Shown piece by piece: positions 48,447 to 55,151 of a stretch of 55,151 bases of DNA. The notes under the pieces were generated by a model, which saw only the letters and a program-made list of their open reading frames with translations, had not been told where the DNA came from and ran no database searches. This stretch comes from Candidatus Nealsonbacteria bacterium (GTDB taxonomy: Bacteria; Planctomycetota; Planctomycetia; Pirellulales; Thermoguttaceae): the NCBI GenBank assembly GCA_013202865.1, contig JABMRB010001404.1:1-55151 (forward strand), in the 5' to 3' direction. Both the position numbers and the translations under genes were made by a program. How positions within the stretch are numbered: position 1 is the first letter of the stretch; every line of letters starts with the position of its first letter.

Positions 48447-49682
48447 ATGCGCATCCTTTACGTTTCCCAGTACTTTCCTCCCGAGATGGGAGCGCCAGCT
48501 GCGCGCGTTTACGATCTCAGCAAGGAGTGGGTACGGCTTGGCCACGACGTCACCGTCCTGACGGCTTTTGCTCACCATCCGCTTGGAATCAAGGCGCCAC
48601 AAGACCGCCGGGTCCTGACGCGGCGGGAGCGGGTTGACGGTATTGATGTAGTGCGCGCGTATGTCTATGCTGTTCCCAACAAAGGAACTGCAAAACGCAT
48701 GCTGTCGTACGCGTCATTCATGCTCTCAGCGACGGTGTTGGGGAGAATTCGAGTTTGCCGACCCGACGTGGTGATTGCCACCTCTCCTCAACTGTTATGT
48801 GGTCTAGCCGGCTATTCTCTGGCGAGGATGATGCGAGTGCCCTTTGTGTTCGAGGTACGGGATCTCTGGCCAGAAACCATGGTCGCGATCGACGCGGTGA
48901 AAGAAAAGAGCCTTGTCTTCCGTGGACTGCGTGCTCTTGCCCGCGCCTTATACACGCGCTGCGATCGCATCGTCACTGTGGGTGAAGGATATGCCGAGAG
49001 CATCAACAGACTCTACGGCATTGACCGCAGTAAAATGGGCATAGTCCACAATGGGATCGACCTGGAGCTCTTCAGACCAAGCCCCAAGGCGAATGACGTG
49101 CGACAGGAGTACGGCTGGTCAGACAAGTTCGTCGCGATGTATCTCGGAACACATGGGATGTGCCATGGTCTGGATTCTGTGCTGAAGGTCGCCCGAGAAA
49201 TGCGACACGATGGCAAGAGACTGTTCGTCTTCGTCGGCGAGGGAGCAGAGAAAGGTCACCTCAAAGGTCTTGCTGCACAATGGCGATTGCCGAACGTTCA
49301 GTTCATAGACCAGCAGCCGAGAGACCGGGTTCCTAAGTTCTATGCGGCCTGCGACATAGGAATAGTCTGTTTGCGCGACAGCCCTCGTTTTAGGGAAGTG
49401 CTGCCATCCAAGATCTTCGAGTATCTCGGAATGGAGCGTCCGGTGTTACTAAGTGTTGATGGTGAAGCGCGCAGACTTGTGGAGAACGCCGGGGCTGGCG
49501 TCTGTGTTCCGCCGGAGGACACCGACGCAATGGTCTCCGGGATCGAACGGCTTTGTCGAGAACGGCGGCAACTGGAGGAGATGGGCCGGAATGGGAGGGC
49601 TTACGTTTCGCGGCATTTTGATCGGAAGAAACTTGCCGAGAAGTACATTTCGATTCTTGAAGAAGTCATAGCAAAGCAGTAG
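48447..49682 (+). CDS. family 4 glycosyltransferase (WbuB-like)
   Basis: MRILYVSQYFPPEMGAPAARVYDLSKEW and LPSKIFEYLGMERPVLLSVDGEA. Confidence 0.85.
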   Translation: MRILYVSQYFPPEMGAPAARVYDLSKEWVRLGHDVTVLTAFAHHPLGIKAPQDRRVLTRRERVDGIDVVRAYVYAVPNKGTAKRMLSYASFMLSATVLGRIRVCRPDVVIATSPQLLCGLAGYSLARMMRVPFVFEVRDLWPETMVAIDAVKEKSLVFRGLRALARALYTRCDRIVTVGEGYAESINRLYGIDRSKMGIVHNGIDLELFRPSPKANDVRQEYGWSDKFVAMYLGTHGMCHGLDSVLKVAREMRHDGKRLFVFVGEGAEKGHLKGLAAQWRLPNVQFIDQQPRDRVPKFYAACDIGIVCLRDSPRFREVLPSKIFEYLGMERPVLLSVDGEARRLVENAGAGVCVPPEDTDAMVSGIERLCRERRQLEEMGRNGRAYVSRHFDRKKLAEKYISILEEVIAKQ

Positions 49683-49717
49683 TCAGCCGCGTCGCAACAA
49701 CCTCTGAAAGAACAGCA

Positions 49718-50512
49718 GTGTCCACGTTGACCAAGTACGTTTTCGTCCAAGACGACCCATTCTATCTTCCCAAAGTACTTGACAAGTACTTGCGCGAGTT
49801 CTCCGATTCGACAGTCGGGATCAACGTACAGTCGGTTACGATGGGCAAGCGGACCGTTTTCCGTACGGCCTGGGAGTTGCTCAGACTCTACGGTCCCTAC
49901 TACTTCCAGTGGAAACTTCGCCGATTCATGTGGACTCGAATAAAGGCAAAGGTCTGCAATGACATATTTCGGTCGACCTCACACTGCTATTCTATCCGAG
50001 CAGTAGCTCGAAAGTACGGAGTACCAGTGGATGAAACAGAAAGTGTCAACGGTGAGGGGTTTCGGGCGTTGTTGCGCGAGAAAGGCGTCGAACTGATTGT
50101 GTCAGTTTCTGGCACTGAGTTTTATGGAAAGAAGCTACGAGAACAGACGCCCCGTGGGATCGTGAATTGCCATGGAGCGCTACTGCCGAAGTATCGAGGC
50201 CTGATGCCTTCTTTCTGGACCTTGGCCAACGGTGAACGTGAAGGTGGTGTGACGGTTCACTTCGTCGGGGACAAGTTGGATAATGGACCGATCGTGGTTC
50301 AGCGGCGTTACCGGATCCATCCGCATGATACGCTCGAGGATATCATGGCTCGAAGCAAGGATCTCGCGGCGGAAGCGATAATCGACTCCGTTCGGATGCT
50401 CGAACGAGGAAAGGCCACGCTGCTACCTAACGATGAGGGGGCGACTTGTTACTCGGTACCCACTCGAGCTGATGTAAAGCGATTCCGGAACCACGGCCAT
50501 CAGTTCTTCTAG
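49718..50512 (+). CDS. formyltransferase family protein (Fmt / ArnA N-domain-like)
   Basis: VNCHGALLPKYRGLMPSFWTLANGEREGGVTVHFVGDKLDNGPIVVQ. Confidence 0.8.
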   Translation: MSTLTKYVFVQDDPFYLPKVLDKYLREFSDSTVGINVQSVTMGKRTVFRTAWELLRLYGPYYFQWKLRRFMWTRIKAKVCNDIFRSTSHCYSIRAVARKYGVPVDETESVNGEGFRALLREKGVELIVSVSGTEFYGKKLREQTPRGIVNCHGALLPKYRGLMPSFWTLANGEREGGVTVHFVGDKLDNGPIVVQRRYRIHPHDTLEDIMARSKDLAAEAIIDSVRMLERGKATLLPNDEGATCYSVPTRADVKRFRNHGHQFF

Positions 50513-50549
50513 AGGTGGGAAACAACGAGTGAGAGAAACACCGCGTATC

Positions 50550-51416
50550 ATGCATGCCTTGTCCTTCGATATCGAGGATTGGTTCCACATCGTCGAGACT
50601 GAAGCTGGTGAGAACCCGCATCAGTGGTCGGCGTTTCCGTCCATTGTTGAAGGTCGCACCCGTCAGATCCTCGAATTGCTGAGAGAATTCGACGTGCGGG
50701 CGACATTTTTCATTCTGGGATGGGTGGCCGAACGGTATCCCAGCGTCGTTCGCATGATCGCCGACGAGGGGCATGAAATTGGAACACATTCGTTTTGGCA
50801 CCGGAAGGTCTACGAACTGACCCCGGAGGCTTTCCATGAAGACCTGCTTGATTCCATTGATGTGATCCGCGAGCATTCGGGAGTTGAAGTACACGGCTTC
50901 CGCGCCCCGTCGTTTTCGATCATCCCGGGTACGGAGTGGGCGTTCGACGTAATCAGAAAGGTTGGATTGAAATACGATGCCAGTCTCTTTCCTGCTCGAC
51001 GTGCCCACGGCGGCTATCCTTGTGAGTGTGGTCCCCATTTGCAGAACGGAAGGGACTCCGAACCGATTCCCGAGCTGCCGATGAGTGTTCTGCCGTTGGG
51101 GCCCTTTCGCTTCTGCTTTTCTGGAGGGGGCTATTTTCGTCTTTTGCCGGCCTGGCTAATTGAACGGGGTTTCGAGCTTGCCGAAAGGGCGAAACGGCCT
51201 GCTGTGGTCTATCTTCATCCACGCGATTTCGCAACGGACTGTCCGGTAGCCGCCATGTCGGCGTTCCGTCGCTTCAAGTGCTATGTCGGCCAGGGAAGCA
51301 CCGAGGGGAAACTTCGACGATTGCTTGAGAAATATCGTTTCACGACGTGCTACGAGGTCTTACGGCATGCTAATCTTGCACCGTTGGTGACGGCGGAGGC
51401 TGAGGTCCTGCGGTGA
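50550..51416 (+). CDS. NodB-type polysaccharide deacetylase (PEP-CTERM-locus / ArnD-like subfamily)
   Basis: HALSFDIEDWFH and ATFFILGWVAERYPSVVRMIADEGHEIGTHSFWH. Confidence 0.8.
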   Translation: MHALSFDIEDWFHIVETEAGENPHQWSAFPSIVEGRTRQILELLREFDVRATFFILGWVAERYPSVVRMIADEGHEIGTHSFWHRKVYELTPEAFHEDLLDSIDVIREHSGVEVHGFRAPSFSIIPGTEWAFDVIRKVGLKYDASLFPARRAHGGYPCECGPHLQNGRDSEPIPELPMSVLPLGPFRFCFSGGGYFRLLPAWLIERGFELAERAKRPAVVYLHPRDFATDCPVAAMSAFRRFKCYVGQGSTEGKLRRLLEKYRFTTCYEVLRHANLAPLVTAEAEVLR

Positions 51417-51510
51417 GGCACCCCCCGTTGGCTTCGTGTCAGGCAAGCGCCACCCGGGCTAGCCGTGATGTTGAGCGGGCTCGGGGGGACCACTTTGGAA
51501 TGACACGATC

Positions 51511-53418
51511 TTGTTGAACTCTTCGGATATCCCCGCGAGACTGGCTTGGTCTGATTGGGCAGGCCGCTGGTGGTATATCTTGCGATACCACCGCAAGTCG
51601 CAATTGGCCATGCGGCTGGTGAACGTTGCGCGGCGGCGATTGCTCGGGCTGACTGGCGGCAGACGCTACCGGAGCTTCTCGGACGTTTCGCCTCGCTTGC
51701 GAGAAAACCCCGATCTGACCGCTTTGACGGCCCAGAAGCTTGCCGGTCGCACGGCGAACGGGGCGTCCGCAAGGGCCGCTGAGATTATCGACGGCCAATT
51801 CGAGTTTCTCGGCCAGCAGCACGCCCTGCCGGACCCGATCGACTGGCGGCTGAAGTGCCGGCCGGAAGCGTCGCACCTGTGGCGGTTCGTGCTGCACTAC
51901 AACGAGTTCCTCCTGGACCTCGCGGCCGAAGGGCGTCAGCGGGGCACAACCGCGTGGTACGACCGTGCCTGGGACCTCGTCCGGCAGTGGATCGAGGGCA
52001 ATTCGCTCCGCGACGCACGTGTCCTGAACGATGCGTGGCATCCGTACTGCATTTCGCGCCGGCTCCCTGCCTGGATCTTGCTCTGGACGGCTTCGCCTCC
52101 GGATGGTGAGTTGCGAGAACAGGTCCTGCGTAGCGTGGTCGCCCAGGCGATGTATCTCCAGAAGCACTTGGAATGGGACGTGCGAGGCAACCATCTTCTA
52201 GAGAATGCCAAGGCACTCGTGCTGGCAGGGGCGTTCCTCGAGGGCCCCGATGCCGACCGGTGGCTTCGACGGGGAAGCGAAATCCTGCGAAAGGAGCTTC
52301 GCGAACAGATTCTGCCCCACGGCGAGCATTTTGAACGTTCATCCATGTATCACGCACTGATGCTCGATGTCGTGCTGGACGTACGGGATGCCACGAAGAC
52401 CGTCGTGCCGGACCTGTCTGAATTCTGCGCCGAAACGGCCGACAAGATGGCGGCCTTCCTGGAACAAACAGTCCACCCAGACGGCGAGATCCCGCTGCTG
52501 GGCGATGCATGCTTTGGTGAGACGCCACCCGCCGAGCATCTGATCACCCGGGCCACGCGTCAAACTGCCGAGACGACACGCGTCGCTTCCGGAACGGCCC
52601 AGCCAAGCGGTTCAGAGCCCAGTACGCGTACGCCGGGTGACTACTGGATCTATCGGCACGATGGGGACTTCCTGCTGTTCGATGCCGGTCCGGTAGGGCC
52701 CGATCACCTGCCGGCCCATGCGCATGCCGACTTGCTCACCTTTGAAGCGACGGTCCGAGGCCGCCGGCTGTTTGTCGACAGCGGTGTGTTCAACTACCAG
52801 GACGACGCGATGCGCCGTTACTGTCGATCGAGTGCCGCCCACAACGTCTTGACGATCGACGACCGGGATCAATGCGACGTATGGTCGCGATTTCGCATGG
52901 GGTACCGTGGTTGGCCTCGCGGCTTCGCGTCGGGAGAGACCCACGGCTTCCACTGGGCTCGCGCTTGCCACAACGCGTACCGCCGGCTCGGGGTACCCAC
53001 GGTCGGCCGTTGGGTTGCTTGTCGGCCGGACGGGCCGTGGTTCTTTGTCGATTGGGCGGAGGGAAAGGGTACCCACAAGCTCACGAGTCGGCTGCACCTG
53101 CACCCCGACTTTGACGCGGAAGTTAGTGCGGCAGACGAAGTGCTGATTCGTGGTCCGGGCGGCGCCTATCGTCTGCGGGCTCTCACTCCCGGCTCGGTCG
53201 CCGTCACCAAGGGATGGTACTGCCCGGGATTTGGGCGCCGAATTGCGACCTCCGTGGTAGAGTGCAGTGCAACGGTGACCTTGCCCGCCGTGTGTGGATG
53301 GTTCTTCGCTCCGGAAGACGTCGACGGGGAAGCGGCTCTCAGCCGTGACGACGGGCAGGAGCCCGTGCTTTCGTGGCGCGACGACGTGAACCGATTACAA
53401 CTGCAACCGTTTGCGTGA
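51511..53418 (+). CDS. heparinase II/III-like family protein, no signal peptide
   Basis: DAWHPYCISRRLPAW, GNHLLENAKALVLAG, PHGEHFERSSMYH, HPDGEIPLLGD, HAHADLLTFE, AAHNVLTID. The N-terminus is not hydrophobic. Confidence 0.75.
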   Translation: MLNSSDIPARLAWSDWAGRWWYILRYHRKSQLAMRLVNVARRRLLGLTGGRRYRSFSDVSPRLRENPDLTALTAQKLAGRTANGASARAAEIIDGQFEFLGQQHALPDPIDWRLKCRPEASHLWRFVLHYNEFLLDLAAEGRQRGTTAWYDRAWDLVRQWIEGNSLRDARVLNDAWHPYCISRRLPAWILLWTASPPDGELREQVLRSVVAQAMYLQKHLEWDVRGNHLLENAKALVLAGAFLEGPDADRWLRRGSEILRKELREQILPHGEHFERSSMYHALMLDVVLDVRDATKTVVPDLSEFCAETADKMAAFLEQTVHPDGEIPLLGDACFGETPPAEHLITRATRQTAETTRVASGTAQPSGSEPSTRTPGDYWIYRHDGDFLLFDAGPVGPDHLPAHAHADLLTFEATVRGRRLFVDSGVFNYQDDAMRRYCRSSAAHNVLTIDDRDQCDVWSRFRMGYRGWPRGFASGETHGFHWARACHNAYRRLGVPTVGRWVACRPDGPWFFVDWAEGKGTHKLTSRLHLHPDFDAEVSAADEVLIRGPGGAYRLRALTPGSVAVTKGWYCPGFGRRIATSVVECSATVTLPAVCGWFFAPEDVDGEAALSRDDGQEPVLSWRDDVNRLQLQPFA

Positions 53419-53463
53419 TCGGGACCTTCGGTACGGCACAGAACGTCGTTACGACCAGCCCAC

Positions 53464-53889
53464 GTGCGTAAATTCACCGACATCACGTTACGCGTCCTCT
53501 GCCTCAGCTACCTGGTCGCCCTGAGCCTGCTGTTGCTGAGTGAGGAGCCGCTGCGCTTCTTCGGGGTGGACTCTCCGTTGCGCGATTTGGCCCCACGAGC
53601 GCACTTCCCGAGCTTCCTGGTGCTGACGATACTGGCCTTGGCAGCCAGATGGACCATGCCGCAGTGGGCCGTGATCTCGTGCCTTGTTACGTACGCGGGA
53701 GCCACCGAATTCTTGCAGGCGTTTGTGCCTGGGAGGAGCCCCAGTATTGTGGACGGTCTCCACAACCTTGCCGGGATCGCAGTCGGATGCACCGTCTGTT
53801 GGATCGTTGTGGGTGTCGGCATCCTAGTGTCGCGCGGATTCAACCGGCGCGGGGTAGTGCTAGTCAACGGAGAGAACACTTCACAATGA
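53464..53889 (+). CDS. VanZ-like family membrane protein
   Basis: Four hydrophobic segments, with ATEFLQAFVPGRSPSIVDGLHNLAGIAVG. GTG start. Confidence 0.65.
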   Translation: MRKFTDITLRVLCLSYLVALSLLLLSEEPLRFFGVDSPLRDLAPRAHFPSFLVLTILALAARWTMPQWAVISCLVTYAGATEFLQAFVPGRSPSIVDGLHNLAGIAVGCTVCWIVVGVGILVSRGFNRRGVVLVNGENTSQ

Positions 53890-55028
53890 CAGACTTACAC
53901 CTAGCTTGCGTCGTCGGCGCCCGGCCGAACTTCATGAAAATGGCGCCCCTGCTGCGGGCGTTGGAAGCCTATTCTCACGTACATCCCATATTGATCCACA
54001 CGGGGCAGCACTACGACGAGAACCTCTCCGACATCTTCTTTGATGAACTGGGGATGAAGCGGCCGGACGTGTCTCTCGACGTGGGCTCCGGCAAACACGG
54101 GGTGCAAACGGCAAAGGTCCTGAAACGGTTTGAGGCGCTCCTGGAACAGGGGACACCCGGGGAGGGAAATCGCTACGATCGCGTGGTCGTCGTGGGCGAC
54201 GTCAACTCGACGATGGCCGCCACGTTGGCAGCGGTCAAGCTGGGTGTGCCGGTTGCCCACGTCGAAGCCGGACTGCGCAGCTTCGACCGTTCCATGCCCG
54301 AGGAAATCAACCGCATGGTCACCGATTCGATCTGCGACATGCTGCTGGTCTCCGAGCCGGCCGGTCTGGAGAATCTTCGCCGTGAAGGGCATCCCGACGA
54401 TCGATTGCACCTGGTCGGTAACGTGATGATCGACACGCTGAGACGACTGTTGCCGAAGGCCAAGGCACGCGATACGCTCAACGACTACGACCTGAATCCC
54501 GGCCGATACGGAGTGATCACGCTGCACCGCCCGGCCAACGTCGATGCACCCGAGACACTGGCCCGGTTGTTGGACGTGCTGGTGGAGGTCTCACGCGAGC
54601 TTCGCTTGGTGTTTCCACTCCACCCGAGAACGAAACAACGAATCGAGCGGTTCGGATTGGCCGAACGGCTTGATGCTGCCAAGGGAATCTTGCAGTTGGG
54701 CCCCCTGGGCTACCTCGATTTCCTCGCGCTGACGTCACAAGCAAAGGTCATTATTACCGATTCCGGAGGTCTTCAAGAAGAATCGACGGCGCTGGGGATT
54801 CCTTGCCTAACTGCGCGACCCAACACGGAGCGCCCCATTACAGTAACCGAAGGCACAAGCACACTGGTAGACGGTGACCCGACGAAACTACGGCACAACC
54901 TGCGGGCCGTGCTCGACGGAACATACAAGCAAGGCCGTTGCCCAGCACTCTGGGACGGTCGGGCGGCCGAACGCATCGCACCGCTGCTGGCCGGCGTTGC
55001 CGGGCAAGAGCAGATAACGACGGGCTGA
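53886..55028 (+). CDS. wecB: UDP-N-acetylglucosamine 2-epimerase (non-hydrolysing)
   Basis: VVGARPNFMKMAPL, HTGQHYD, GDVNSTMA, HVEAGLRSFDRSMPEEINR, TDSGGLQEE. ATGA overlap with the VanZ-like gene. Confidence 0.92.
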   Translation: MTDLHLACVVGARPNFMKMAPLLRALEAYSHVHPILIHTGQHYDENLSDIFFDELGMKRPDVSLDVGSGKHGVQTAKVLKRFEALLEQGTPGEGNRYDRVVVVGDVNSTMAATLAAVKLGVPVAHVEAGLRSFDRSMPEEINRMVTDSICDMLLVSEPAGLENLRREGHPDDRLHLVGNVMIDTLRRLLPKAKARDTLNDYDLNPGRYGVITLHRPANVDAPETLARLLDVLVEVSRELRLVFPLHPRTKQRIERFGLAERLDAAKGILQLGPLGYLDFLALTSQAKVIITDSGGLQEESTALGIPCLTARPNTERPITVTEGTSTLVDGDPTKLRHNLRAVLDGTYKQGRCPALWDGRAAERIAPLLAGVAGQEQITTG

Positions 55029-55151
55029 ACGTCCTTGACGCATACCAAAAGACATCACTTGCATCGACTAACACTACAATCTGGAAAGGCTACTGCGGAG
55101 TCTCTTTCCGGAATTCGAGAGAAACGAGGTATATCATGAAGCGGTTGAATA

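Noticed and set aside
55137-55151. ATG preceded by GAGAAACGAGG at the window edge (MKRLN...)
   Set aside because: Only five codons are visible, which is not enough to support a gene call.
1-55151. Search for tRNA, rRNA, tmRNA or integrase genes marking an island boundary
   Set aside because: No cloverleaf-compatible segments or T-arm GGTTCGAATCC-like motifs were found by eye, including around 1700-2400. No integrase-like ORF is present. A tRNAscan/Infernal run would be needed for certainty.

Overview
This window is almost entirely one co-directional (+ strand) polysaccharide-biosynthesis supercluster of about 52 kb (2472-55028), linked to an exosortase/PEP-CTERM system. GC is moderately high. 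The gene content would fit a Planctomycetota- or Verrucomicrobiota-like genome, but I cannot verify taxonomy. I found no rRNA, tRNA or CRISPR.

Left edge (1-2400): poorly coding. It holds a possible mobile-element replication-protein remnant and a dense array of TGGGAC(G/A)T repeats.

The locus, in order:
- APS kinase (cysC)
- a 55-aa minimal PEP-CTERM protein
- a NusG/RfaH-like antiterminator paralog whose 3' end is disrupted by a 3 x 40 bp tandem repeat
- two paralogous FixJ/LuxR response regulators, both with Glu at the phospho-acceptor Asp position
- a diverged tandem duplication of a noncoding module (about 250 bp per copy, 278-281 bp period)
- a WecA-like initiating transferase with a C-terminal extension
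- exosortase, a PCP/tyrosine-autokinase fusion and EpsI
- Wzm/Wzt ABC exporter, with wzm frameshifted
- four sulfotransferases, about 12 glycosyltransferases (GT2 and GT4), and two WbqC plus aminotransferase pairs
- a nitroreductase plus pyruvyltransferase pair and two methyltransferases
- a Wzy/O-antigen-ligase-like protein
- rmlC-like, rmlB and rmlA genes, and a bi-domain oxidoreductase
- an Arn-like set: WecE-type aminotransferase, ArnC-like GT2, GT-C, formyltransferase and NodB-type deacetylase
- a cytoplasmic heparinase II/III-like protein, a VanZ-like protein and WecB

Several recombination scars are visible: a wzt 3' paralog fused to a NeuD-like N-terminus, a GT4 relic and a transposase relic.

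Main hypothesis: the locus makes a multiply sulfated, pyruvylated and methylated heteropolysaccharide tied to exosortase sorting, with a side branch that delivers an amino-dideoxyhexose via undecaprenyl phosphate.

Limits: all functional calls rest on motif recognition by eye in the supplied translations. No database search was run.
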